Source: Candidatus Gottesmanbacteria bacterium
Lineage (GTDB): Bacteria; Patescibacteriota; Microgenomatia; UBA10105; UBA927
NCBI GenBank assembly: GCA_903821745.1
Contig: CAIJMI010000005.1
Location: forward strand, 57,051 to 121,050
Direction: 5' to 3'
DNA length: 64,000 nucleotides
Below, piece after piece: positions 31,213 to 40,998 of this stretch (the stretch's first letter is position 1; each line of letters starts with the position of its first letter). The notes beneath the pieces were generated by a model, which did not search any database, was not told where the DNA came from, and saw only the letters and a list, made by a program, of their open reading frames with translations. The translations under genes and the position numbers were made by a program.

Positions 31213-33225
31213 ATGATTTCATTTTCACTTAAAAGCGATATGAAGCCAACCGGTGATCAACCAGAAGCAATTGACGCGCTTGTTAATCATTTGGAAAAAA
31301 ATTATAAAGATCTGGTGCTTGTTGGGGTAACTGGAAGTGGTAAAACCTTCACCATGGCAAACGTCATTGCAAAATTGCAACGTCCTACGCTCATCATTTC
31401 ACATAATAAAACATTAGCAGCCCAGTTATATCAGGAGTTTCGGGATTTCTTTCCAAAAAACGCTGTTTCCTATTTTGTTTCCTATTATGATTATTATCAG
31501 CCGGAGTCCTACATACCACAATCGGATACGTATATTGAAAAAGAAACGCAGATTAATGAAGAAATAGATAAACTGCGTTTAGCAGCCACCGCAAACATCC
31601 TTACTCGTCCAGATACGATTGTTGTTGCATCCGTCTCTTGTATTTATAACATTGGATCACCTCGTGAATACGGCAATTTTGCCCTTGAGCTAAAAACAGG
31701 AATGAAAATCCGTCGGGAAGACATTATTACCCGGCTGGTTGCACTCCAATATGAACGGAACATGTGGGAAGTAAAACGAGGGTACTTTCGGGTTCGTGGA
31801 GAAACAATTGATCTTTTTCCGGCGTACGAAGATCAACTTCTACGAATTGAAATCATAAACGATACACTCGTATCTCTATCCCATGTCGACCCGCTTACTG
31901 GAAATGTTGAAGATACACTACCTGCGGTAGTTATTTATCCTGCAAAACACTACATGACAGATCCAACGATGTATAAGGAGGTCCTTAAGGTAATTCAAGC
32001 GGATATGGAAAAACAGGTTGCCCTGTTTAAAAAACAAGGGAAACTTATTGAAGCACAGCGGATTCATGAACGGGTTACCCATGATTTGGAAATGCTGCAG
32101 GAAGTTGGCTATGTCAACGGAATTGAAAATTATTCTAGGTATTTTGACGGAAGAAAGCCGGGAGATCCACCCTACACACTTTTTGACTATTTTGAAGAAG
32201 CAACAAAAGGAAAACCGTGGCTTCTCTTTATTGATGAATCCCATATGACGATTCCACAAATTCGCGGCATGTACAATGGCGACCGGTCAAGAAAACAAAC
32301 GCTTATTGATTACGGATTCAGACTTCCCTCAGCCCTTGATAATCGGCCAATGGTATTTGATGAATTTTTACGGAAACGCCCACAAACCGTGTATGTTTCC
32401 GCAACTCCTGATGACTGGGAACTGACAAACGCAAAACACATTGTTGAACAATTGGTTCGTCCAACCGGCCTTATTGATCCTATTATCTCCATTCGTCCTG
32501 CCAAAGGACAAATTGCGGATTTAGAAAAGGAAATTACAAAGCGCATTGCGCTTCATGAACGCGTTATTGTTACAACACTAACAAAACAAATGGCTGAAGA
32601 TCTCACCGCGTATTTAAAACAAAAAGGCGTACTTGTTGAATATATTCACTCGGATATTGAAACGCTTGATCGGACAACAATTCTTGCCAATCTTCGGAAA
32701 GGCGCATTTGATGTCATTATTGGTGTGAACTTACTTCGCGAAGGCCTGGATTTACCAGAGGTGTCCTTGGTTGCCATTCTTGATGCAGACAAGGAAGGAT
32801 TTTTACGAAGTCGTGTTAGTTTAATTCAAACCATGGGTCGAGCAGCAAGGCATATTAAGGGAGAAGTTATTCTCTACGCTGATATGATGACAAAATCGAT
32901 TACTGCAGCAGTTGAAGAAGTAGAACGGCGGAAAAAAGTGCAGCTTGCATACAACAAAAAACATAATATTACGCCGACAACCATTCATAAGGCTATACGG
33001 TCAGGACTCATTGCAGAATGGAGCCAGCAGCATGAAGCCGCGGAAAAAATATATACCGACCTTGCAACATATACCGACAAAAAGGTTGAATCGATGACAG
33101 AACTTGACAAGCAAAAACTCATTCATAAAATGCGTATTCTGATGCAGAAGGCTTCTAAAAATTTGCAATTCGAAGAAGCTGCATCAATACGCGATTTTAT
33201 TGCATCACTTGCTGCAAAGAAGTAG
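31213..33225 (+). CDS. uvrB: excinuclease ABC subunit B
   Basis: ...GDQPEAIDAL..., helicase motifs GVTGSGKTFT and ...DESH...; 670 aa. Confidence 0.95.
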   Translation: MISFSLKSDMKPTGDQPEAIDALVNHLEKNYKDLVLVGVTGSGKTFTMANVIAKLQRPTLIISHNKTLAAQLYQEFRDFFPKNAVSYFVSYYDYYQPESYIPQSDTYIEKETQINEEIDKLRLAATANILTRPDTIVVASVSCIYNIGSPREYGNFALELKTGMKIRREDIITRLVALQYERNMWEVKRGYFRVRGETIDLFPAYEDQLLRIEIINDTLVSLSHVDPLTGNVEDTLPAVVIYPAKHYMTDPTMYKEVLKVIQADMEKQVALFKKQGKLIEAQRIHERVTHDLEMLQEVGYVNGIENYSRYFDGRKPGDPPYTLFDYFEEATKGKPWLLFIDESHMTIPQIRGMYNGDRSRKQTLIDYGFRLPSALDNRPMVFDEFLRKRPQTVYVSATPDDWELTNAKHIVEQLVRPTGLIDPIISIRPAKGQIADLEKEITKRIALHERVIVTTLTKQMAEDLTAYLKQKGVLVEYIHSDIETLDRTTILANLRKGAFDVIIGVNLLREGLDLPEVSLVAILDADKEGFLRSRVSLIQTMGRAARHIKGEVILYADMMTKSITAAVEEVERRKKVQLAYNKKHNITPTTIHKAIRSGLIAEWSQQHEAAEKIYTDLATYTDKKVESMTELDKQKLIHKMRILMQKASKNLQFEEAASIRDFIASLAAKK

Positions 33226-33292
33226 ATATGGAGTATAATATCTGTTGTGCCACGGGACCATCCGCGGTCAATTTGGTTGGGTGAAATAATAT

Positions 33293-36244
33293 ATGGACGA
33301 TCAAATCATCATATCAGGAGCACGGCAGCATAATTTAAAAAACATAAATTGTTTGCTGCCGAAAAAAAAAGTGGTTGTTTTTACTGGGGTATCAGGATCC
33401 GGTAAGTCATCGCTTGCGTTTGACACGATCTATGCTGAAGGCCAACGGCGGTATGTTGAGTCTCTCTCATCCTATGCCAGACAATTTTTAGGCATTATGG
33501 ATAAGCCGGATGTAGACAACATTATTGGCTTGTCACCTGCAATATCCATTGATCAAAAATCAACTTCTCACAATCCAAGATCAACCGTTGGCACAGTAAC
33601 GGAAATTTACGATTACCTACGGCTGCTGTTTGCAAGAATTGGTCATCCACATTGTCCAACGTGTGGGAGAGAAATTTCAAAACTTTCAACGGCGCAAATT
33701 GTTTCCATGGTACTTACTGAAACCCAATCGCAACTAACCGATACCACCAAAAAAACGGTGTTTCTCATGGTGCTTGCACCTCTTATTCGTGATAGGAAAG
33801 GCGAATATAGCGGCTTATTTGAGAACTTAAAAGCAAAAGGCTACAAAACAATTCGCGTCGATGGCATTTTTTATCCAATCGATGATGTTGTGGTTCTTAT
33901 AAAAACAAATAAACACACAATTGATGTTGTCGTTGATAAGGTGAGTATTGAAAAAAAGTCGTTCCGTGATGAAAAAATAAAACACACAATTACCAGCAGG
34001 CTTTCCGACAGTGTTGAACAAGCATTGGCTCTTTCAGGAGGATTGGTAACGATTTCACAGATTAAAGATACGGTATTTGCGTTCTCGGAACATCCAAAAA
34101 AGGTCAAAGATACCATATATTCAGAACATTTTTCCTGTCCAGTCTGTAACACGTCAATTTCTGAATTGGAACCTAGGATGTTTTCATTTAATTCTCCGCA
34201 TGGAGCATGTCCTGCGTGTGGCGGTATTGGTTTTGTATCAACGGTCGATTCGACGCTGATTATGAATCCGGAATTATCCATCAGTGAAGGCGGTATTTTA
34301 CCATTCTCTCGCATGTTTTTACATGACACTTGGTTTGCTCGAATTATAAAAACAGTTGCCGATGCGTACAATATTGATACACGAAAACCCATCGGCCAGC
34401 TGACAGCAAAACAACAAGAGATATTGCTGTACGGCACTGGTGAAACGATTCATGAAGTTGAAGGCACAAACCGATTTGGAGAATTTACAACAATACATGA
34501 GTCCTTTAACGGTTTTATTGCAGAGCTTAAAAAACGGCATCGGGAAACACAATCTTCGTATATGCGTGAGGAAATTGAAAAATTTATGCGCGAAGAAATA
34601 TGCGATCAATGTCATGGAACGAGGCTAAAAAAAGAAAGTCTTACAGTAACTATTGATGGATTTTCAATTGCGGATAGCACAGGGCTTTCTATTCAGGAAA
34701 CCATTCACTGGGTAGAACGTCTATCACACCAAACAAAATCCATGTTGAGTGCACGAGAAAAAATTATATCAGGACCAATTTTAAAAGAAATACGTATCCG
34801 GTTACAGTTTCTTCTTAATGTGGGACTCACGTATCTTACCCTTGCCCGCGGTGCATCAACATTATCTGGCGGCGAAGCACAGCGTATTCGACTTGCCTCT
34901 CAAATCGGTTCAGGACTTTCCGGAGTACTCTATGTGCTTGATGAACCGTCAATTGGACTACACCAACGGGATAACAGAAAACTCATTGATACACTGCACC
35001 ATCTTCGCAATTTAGGAAATACCGTCATTGTTGTTGAACATGACCGGGAAATGATGGAGTCTGCTGATCATATCGTTGATTTTGGACCAGGTGCAGGAGA
35101 ACATGGAGGAACAATTGTTGCTCAGGGTACGTTTGAAGAGATTCTTACATCAAAATCCCTGACCAGCCAGTATTTATCAAACAAAAAAACAATCACACGG
35201 ACACTTCGTCCATTTCTTTTTGATACGGTTGCCAAAAAAGAATCGGACAATGAACATCTTCGCATCATTGGCGCGACACATAATAATTTAAAAAATGTTA
35301 CAGCAACGATTCCACTTGGGAAATTGGTTTGTATTACCGGCGTCTCAGGAAGCGGAAAATCATCCCTTATTGTAGATACGTTATTTCCAGCGTTGCAGCA
35401 CCACTTTAATCCTGTATCAAAGGAAAAACCTGGACATTTTGAGAAAATTGAAGGTCTTGAAAAAATTGATAAAACGATTCTTATTGATCAATCACCAATT
35501 GGTAGAACTCCCCGAAGCAATCCTGCCACATATACCGGATTATTTACCTACATCCGTGATTTGTTTGCGATGATGCCTGACGCTAAAGCAAAAGGGTACA
35601 CAACAGGAAGGTTTTCATTTAACGTAAAAGGCGGTCGGTGCGAAGCATGTGAAGGTGAAGGACAAAAGCGTATTGAAATGCAATTTTTATCTGATGTCTT
35701 TGTTACCTGCGAAGTTTGTAAAGGAACCCGATATAACCAGGAGACGCTTGAGGTCCTGTATCACGAAAAAAATATAGCAGATGTCCTGCAGATGAGTGTT
35801 GACGAAGCAATCGGGTTTTTTCAACATCATTCAGGAATCCAGGAAAAACTCAAAACCATTCAGGATGTCGGTCTTGGATATATGAAATTAGGCCAACCCG
35901 CAACTACGCTTTCCGGTGGTGAAGCCCAGCGCGTGAAACTAGCAACAGAACTTTCGCGCCGTGCGACAGGAAAAACAGTCTACGTACTTGATGAACCAAC
36001 AACAGGGTTACACTTTGCGGATTTGGAAAAATTGTTACATGTGCTTGACCGTCTGACTGCTTATGGAAATACCGTTATCGTTATTGAACATAATTTGGAT
36101 ATAATAAAGAATGCAGACTGGATTATTGACATGGGTCCGGAAGGGGGAGACGAAGGGGGAAAAATAATTGCCGTCGGAACTCCTCTTGAAATAAGTAACA
36201 ATAGTGCATCTGCGACCGGACAATTTTTACAAACAGTGTTATGA
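33293..36244 (+). CDS. uvrA: excinuclease ABC subunit A
   Basis: Two ABC ATPase modules (GVSGSGKSSL twice; LSGGEAQR twice) with zinc-finger inserts; 983 aa. Confidence 0.95.
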   Translation: MDDQIIISGARQHNLKNINCLLPKKKVVVFTGVSGSGKSSLAFDTIYAEGQRRYVESLSSYARQFLGIMDKPDVDNIIGLSPAISIDQKSTSHNPRSTVGTVTEIYDYLRLLFARIGHPHCPTCGREISKLSTAQIVSMVLTETQSQLTDTTKKTVFLMVLAPLIRDRKGEYSGLFENLKAKGYKTIRVDGIFYPIDDVVVLIKTNKHTIDVVVDKVSIEKKSFRDEKIKHTITSRLSDSVEQALALSGGLVTISQIKDTVFAFSEHPKKVKDTIYSEHFSCPVCNTSISELEPRMFSFNSPHGACPACGGIGFVSTVDSTLIMNPELSISEGGILPFSRMFLHDTWFARIIKTVADAYNIDTRKPIGQLTAKQQEILLYGTGETIHEVEGTNRFGEFTTIHESFNGFIAELKKRHRETQSSYMREEIEKFMREEICDQCHGTRLKKESLTVTIDGFSIADSTGLSIQETIHWVERLSHQTKSMLSAREKIISGPILKEIRIRLQFLLNVGLTYLTLARGASTLSGGEAQRIRLASQIGSGLSGVLYVLDEPSIGLHQRDNRKLIDTLHHLRNLGNTVIVVEHDREMMESADHIVDFGPGAGEHGGTIVAQGTFEEILTSKSLTSQYLSNKKTITRTLRPFLFDTVAKKESDNEHLRIIGATHNNLKNVTATIPLGKLVCITGVSGSGKSSLIVDTLFPALQHHFNPVSKEKPGHFEKIEGLEKIDKTILIDQSPIGRTPRSNPATYTGLFTYIRDLFAMMPDAKAKGYTTGRFSFNVKGGRCEACEGEGQKRIEMQFLSDVFVTCEVCKGTRYNQETLEVLYHEKNIADVLQMSVDEAIGFFQHHSGIQEKLKTIQDVGLGYMKLGQPATTLSGGEAQRVKLATELSRRATGKTVYVLDEPTTGLHFADLEKLLHVLDRLTAYGNTVIVIEHNLDIIKNADWIIDMGPEGGDEGGKIIAVGTPLEISNNSASATGQFLQTVL

Positions 36245-38028
36245 AATTAAACATCATACGGTATATCCAATACATTTCTTGTATTGTTGTTTGTTGTTTC
36301 CTTCCTACATCCTTGAAAGCCGCTGATTTTATTGCGGATTATGATACGCAGTATGCGGTTTCTCCAAGCGGGACAACCATTGTTACACAAAACATAACGC
36401 TTACCAACAAGCAATCAAATTTATATCCCAAGCAATACGCAATCAGTATTGAAAGCGATAAAATCCATAATGTTATCGCCTATGACAAAAAAGGCGTCAT
36501 TACGCCTAAAATTACCCAAGGTGGAGGAAAAACACAGATCGTTGTCTTGTTTAATGAACAGGTTGTGGGACTCGACAAACAGCTCAACTTTTCACTTCGC
36601 TATGAAAACGGGGACATCGCAGAGCAGCTCGGAAATATATGGGAAATAAAAATTCCCGGAATAACGGAAGATGAAACGCTTGGAGAATATAACGTTTCTT
36701 TACAAACACCTTCCTCATTTCCACCAAATGCATATATGACACCACTTCCGGCAGTGGGCGGAAGGTGGATAAAAGCGCAGTTGATTAGCGGTGGTATTTA
36801 CGCAGGATACGGGGAATTTCAATCCTATATTGTGGAGGCAACGTATAATCTCGAAAATGATACGTTATCATCTAAACTAACAACCATTACGATTCCTGCA
36901 GATACTGCATATCAAACCGTCAGTATTATCAGTATGAATCCAAAGCCAAAAGAAATGAAAAAGGATGAGGACGGAAATTGGATAGCGAATTATGAACTTT
37001 CTTCCATGCAAAAAGTAGACGTGAATGCAAAACTCAATGTACAAACGTACAATAAAGCAAAAAAAACCATACAAACGGCACTTACGGATAAAACGGTTTA
37101 TCTTCAGCAGCAGCGGTATTGGGAAATCGGAGATACAAAAATTCAGTCACTAGCCAAACAATATACAACCCCTCGGGAAATATACGATTATGTTATAAGA
37201 ACGCTATCTTATACAAAAACAACCAACAAAGAATCCATACGAAAAGGTGCAGTTGGCGCACTTGCTGATCCGACAAACAGTGTATGTACGGAATTTACTG
37301 ATCTGTTTATTGCAATTGCGCGAGCAGCGGGTATTCCGGCACGCGAAGTGATTGGGTATGCATATACGACGGATGCAAAGCTGCGTCCATTGCTTACGGG
37401 ATCTGATGTTTTACATGCATGGCCAGAATATTACGATACAACAAAGCAGGTCTGGATACCAATTGACCCAACATGGGGGCATACCACAGGTGGAGTAAAC
37501 TATTTTGATGTGTTCGATTTTAATCATATTGCGTTCGTCGTACATGGAAAATCAAGTGAAACTCCCTATCCAGCAGGTTCCTACAAAGAAGGTTCCATAC
37601 CGAAAAAAAATGTGTCTGTTACATTTGCGCCAGTTATGAAAACCATCGTAAACAATAGTTTTAGAACTACTTTTTTACTACCAAAAAAAGTTTCAGCCGG
37701 CAAAAATCTTGTTGGATCAGTCCAGATAGAAAATTTAGGCAATACAACGTCAGAAAAAGTTGCGATTGTTATTGACGCAAACCCATTTTTGTTTCATACA
37801 GAAAAACAAGAAGAGAACATCCCTCCGTTTGGAATGATCACTCTTCCGATTTCTATATCCATTCCAAATTATCTCTCAAACGGAAAAGGCACGGTGAATG
37901 TTTCTGTGAATGGAGAAATAAATTCTTTTACCTATACGGTAACTCCCATGTATTGGCTCCTTATGCCAATAAGTATTATTTTTATCTGCCTGATTATTAT
38001 TCTATGGTTGATATTCAAAAAAAAGTAA
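36241..38028 (+). CDS. secreted/membrane transglutaminase-like (Cys-His-Asp papain-fold) domain protein
   Basis: Signal peptide, then a TGase core with ...NSVCTEFTDLFIAIARAAGIPAREVIGYA... (Cys), ...HAWPEYY... (His) and ...WIPIDPTWG... (Asp), and a C-terminal TM helix. Its start overlaps the uvrA stop (ATGA). Confidence 0.75.
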   Translation: MKLNIIRYIQYISCIVVCCFLPTSLKAADFIADYDTQYAVSPSGTTIVTQNITLTNKQSNLYPKQYAISIESDKIHNVIAYDKKGVITPKITQGGGKTQIVVLFNEQVVGLDKQLNFSLRYENGDIAEQLGNIWEIKIPGITEDETLGEYNVSLQTPSSFPPNAYMTPLPAVGGRWIKAQLISGGIYAGYGEFQSYIVEATYNLENDTLSSKLTTITIPADTAYQTVSIISMNPKPKEMKKDEDGNWIANYELSSMQKVDVNAKLNVQTYNKAKKTIQTALTDKTVYLQQQRYWEIGDTKIQSLAKQYTTPREIYDYVIRTLSYTKTTNKESIRKGAVGALADPTNSVCTEFTDLFIAIARAAGIPAREVIGYAYTTDAKLRPLLTGSDVLHAWPEYYDTTKQVWIPIDPTWGHTTGGVNYFDVFDFNHIAFVVHGKSSETPYPAGSYKEGSIPKKNVSVTFAPVMKTIVNNSFRTTFLLPKKVSAGKNLVGSVQIENLGNTTSEKVAIVIDANPFLFHTEKQEENIPPFGMITLPISISIPNYLSNGKGTVNVSVNGEINSFTYTVTPMYWLLMPISIIFICLIIILWLIFKKK

Positions 38029-39326
38029 GCGAACTTCCCACAACTCCTGGCGTCTATCTCTATAAAGATGCTTCTGACACAATCATTTACGTCGGAAAAG
38101 CCGTCAATCTGAGACGACGGGTAAAACAATATTTTGAAAAAGGGCACACCTTATCACCAAAGACGGAACAACTTGTTTCCACTATTGCAGATTTGGACCA
38201 TAAGGATACAGTAACCGAGTTTGATGCATTGCTTCTTGAATCCAATCTTATTCGAACGTACCAACCAAAGTACAACATGATTGCAAAGGACGATAAAAGC
38301 CCAATTTACATCCATGTGTCACTGGAAGACAACTTACCACGCATTCAACTTACAAGAAAACCGAAGTCACCAGAAAAACATACATTTTACGCAGGACCAT
38401 TCCAATCAACGCGTGTTGCAAAATCCATTCTTCGATCAATACGGCGTTGTATTCCATATTGCACCCAAAAACAACGAACGGGCAAACCTTGTTTCTATAC
38501 CCATATCAACCTTTGTTCTCCGTGCCCATCAGAAATAGTAAAAATGCCTGAAGGACAACCAAAACAGCTGTTAATTCAACAGTACCGAAAAAATATTTTT
38601 AAAATTAAACGTATTTTGGAAGGCAATATTTTACCGGTTGCAAACGATCTTGAACAAGAAATGAACGAAGAAGCAAAAAATAATCATTTCGAACAAGCAG
38701 CACAACTTCGAGACCGAATAATTGCGCTCCAGCAGTTATTACTGACACATTTTGATCCTTCATTATATCTTGATGATGCAGTTACCATCGGCGAAACTGT
38801 TGAACAGGAGCTTAAAGATCTTCGAAGCATTCTGATAACTGCATACCCAACAATGCAACAGCTACAAAAAATTGAATGCGTTGATATTTCCAATAATGCA
38901 GGCACTGATCCCGTGGGATCTCTCGTCGTCATGGAACACGGCATTATAGACAGGTCACAATACCGGAGATTTGCAATTCGGGATATTGTAGGTTCAAATG
39001 ATACTGCGATGATTAATCAAGTTGTAGAACGGAGGCTAAAACATAAGGAATGGTCATTGCCAGATCTTCTCGTGATTGATGGCGGGAAGGGGCAAGTGAA
39101 AGCCGCAGAACAAGCAATAAAACGAAGCGCAGTCTCAATTCCTATTATTGGTCTTGCAAAAAAATATGAATCCATCGTTATGCCTGTTGATGGAATTTGG
39201 AAGCTTTTGCATCTTGCAAGTACCCGTCCAGCTATTCAACTTCTCAAGCGAATTCGCGATGAGTCACATCGCTTCGCGATTGGCTATCACCGATTAAAAC
39301 GAGCCAAAACATGGAACGAATCGTAA
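38004..39326 (+). CDS. uvrC: excinuclease ABC subunit C (short form lacking C-terminal HhH2)
   Basis: GIY-YIG domain (...PGVYLYKDASDTIIYVGKAVNLRRRVKQYF...), UvrB-interacting region and RNase H-like endonuclease domain. It is ~440 aa and ends before any helix-hairpin-helix pair. I placed the start at the ATG at 38004; the ORF-track start is at 37953. Confidence 0.85.
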   Translation: MVDIQKKVSELPTTPGVYLYKDASDTIIYVGKAVNLRRRVKQYFEKGHTLSPKTEQLVSTIADLDHKDTVTEFDALLLESNLIRTYQPKYNMIAKDDKSPIYIHVSLEDNLPRIQLTRKPKSPEKHTFYAGPFQSTRVAKSILRSIRRCIPYCTQKQRTGKPCFYTHINLCSPCPSEIVKMPEGQPKQLLIQQYRKNIFKIKRILEGNILPVANDLEQEMNEEAKNNHFEQAAQLRDRIIALQQLLLTHFDPSLYLDDAVTIGETVEQELKDLRSILITAYPTMQQLQKIECVDISNNAGTDPVGSLVVMEHGIIDRSQYRRFAIRDIVGSNDTAMINQVVERRLKHKEWSLPDLLVIDGGKGQVKAAEQAIKRSAVSIPIIGLAKKYESIVMPVDGIWKLLHLASTRPAIQLLKRIRDESHRFAIGYHRLKRAKTWNES

Positions 39327-39327
39327 A

Positions 39328-39768
39328 TTGATTCCCTGCTATCAATCTGATAGCATATTTACTATGAAATACTTCATCAAGGTCTGGGTATTTTACGTGT
39401 TTAGCTTGTGGCTAACCAAAGAACTGTTTCCAGCATTTACGGTTGGCGGTGGATGGGGAACTTTGTTTATCTCGGGACTCATTTTGTCACTCCTCATGCT
39501 CATCGTAAAACCCATATTGAAAATTTTATTTATTCCGATTAATATCCTTACATTTGGTTTACTTTCATGGTTTATTAATGTCATCGTTATTTATCTTCTA
39601 ACCTTACTTGCACCAAATGTTGCAATTCACGCGTGGATATTTCCTGGATTGACCTGGTCAGGCTTTGTCATGCCAGCAACGTCTCTTTCATATCTCATGT
39701 GTCTTATTGCAACGTCACTAAGTGTTACGTGTATCACGAATATTCTTGAGGATATTACGGAGTCCTAA
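39328..39768 (+). CDS. DUF360/YvlD-like small integral membrane protein (likely start at 39364, MKYFIK...)
   Basis: Four predicted TM helices with the G-rich first helix typical of the YvlD/phage-holin-IV superfamily. Confidence 0.45.
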   Translation: MIPCYQSDSIFTMKYFIKVWVFYVFSLWLTKELFPAFTVGGGWGTLFISGLILSLLMLIVKPILKILFIPINILTFGLLSWFINVIVIYLLTLLAPNVAIHAWIFPGLTWSGFVMPATSLSYLMCLIATSLSVTCITNILEDITES

Positions 39769-39772
39769 TAAT

Positions 39773-40786
39773 ATGAAAACATCTGAACATCTTCCACGGG
39801 TAGTTTGTATTGGTGGTGGTACTGGAACATTCGTCGTTTTAAAGGGGATGAAGCAATATTCCTGTAAGCTAAGTGCTGTTGTCTCTATGAGTGATAGCGG
39901 CGGCAGTAATAAACGAATTCGAGATGAATTTGGACTGTTACCGACATCTGATATCAGACAATGTCTTGTAGCTCTTTCTGACGAAAAAAATGGGAAGGGA
40001 CTCATGCGAACTCTTTTTATGTACCGGTTTGAAAAAGGAGAGGGTATTTCCGGTATGACCTTCGGAAATCTATTTATGGCAGCGCTTGCAGATATTTTAG
40101 GAAGCCAGGAAGAGGCAATTCGACAAACTGGAAAGGTGCTTCGGATTCATGGATCAGTTATCCCAGTCTCTTTTACCAAAACAAATCTTACTGCTACCTA
40201 TGAAGATGGAACAACCGTTACAGGTGAGCATATTATTGATGAACCTGAACATGATGGATCATTAAAAATAACGGATGTTGCACTTGATCCAAAAGCAGAA
40301 GCCAATCCTGAAGCAATTGACGCATTACAATCAGCAGATCTTATTGTTCTTGGTCCAGGAGACTTGTATACGAGTGTGCTTCCAAATTTATTAGTAAATG
40401 GCATGCTTGAAGCAATACAAAAATCAAAAGCTACCGTCGTCTATATCATGAACCTCATGACGAAAAACGGCCAGACATATAACTACACAGCTGTCGATCA
40501 CCTCAATGTATTAAAAAAATATCTTGGAAACCGAATAAATACTGTTATTATGAATAATCAAGCTTTATCACCAGACGCATTAGCCGTTTACGCAAAATAT
40601 CACGAACTTCCCGTAATAGATGACCTTGATAAGGTAAGGAATGAATACAACATTATTCGAAATGACATAGTAAGCAATATCGTTATTACGAAGGCTCCAT
40701 CAGATACGCTTGTGCGAAGCCTTATTCGTCACGATAGCGATAAGCTCGCAAACGTGCTAGTATCGATTTTGGAGTACAAATCATGA
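39773..40786 (+). CDS. YvcK/UPF0052 (CofD-like) gluconeogenesis factor family protein
   Basis: ...RVVCIGGGTGTFVVLKG....SAVVSMSDSGGSNKRIRDEFGLLPTSDIRQ... is diagnostic of the YvcK/CofD fold. I placed the start at the ATG at 39773. Confidence 0.8.
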   Translation: MKTSEHLPRVVCIGGGTGTFVVLKGMKQYSCKLSAVVSMSDSGGSNKRIRDEFGLLPTSDIRQCLVALSDEKNGKGLMRTLFMYRFEKGEGISGMTFGNLFMAALADILGSQEEAIRQTGKVLRIHGSVIPVSFTKTNLTATYEDGTTVTGEHIIDEPEHDGSLKITDVALDPKAEANPEAIDALQSADLIVLGPGDLYTSVLPNLLVNGMLEAIQKSKATVVYIMNLMTKNGQTYNYTAVDHLNVLKKYLGNRINTVIMNNQALSPDALAVYAKYHELPVIDDLDKVRNEYNIIRNDIVSNIVITKAPSDTLVRSLIRHDSDKLANVLVSILEYKS

Positions 40787-40995
40787 GGTCAGTATTACTT
40801 ATTATTCAGCTTGTTGTTGCCATCACACTTGTCGGACTTATCCTTCTACAAAACAGCAAAGGCGGTCTCACCGCAGGAGTTGGTGGAGAAGCGTATCGAA
40901 CAAAAAGAGGTGCAGAAAAAGTTATTTTCAGTGCCACTATTGTTGCGGGTGTTATTTTTTTCATTATTTCAATTATAAATCTACTCGTGAAATAA
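40783..40995 (+). CDS. secG: preprotein translocase subunit SecG
   Basis: 70 aa with two TM helices and the SecG signature ...LILLQNSKGGLTAGVGG... Confidence 0.75.
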   Translation: MRSVLLIIQLVVAITLVGLILLQNSKGGLTAGVGGEAYRTKRGAEKVIFSATIVAGVIFFIISIINLLVK

Positions 40996-40998
40996 CGT

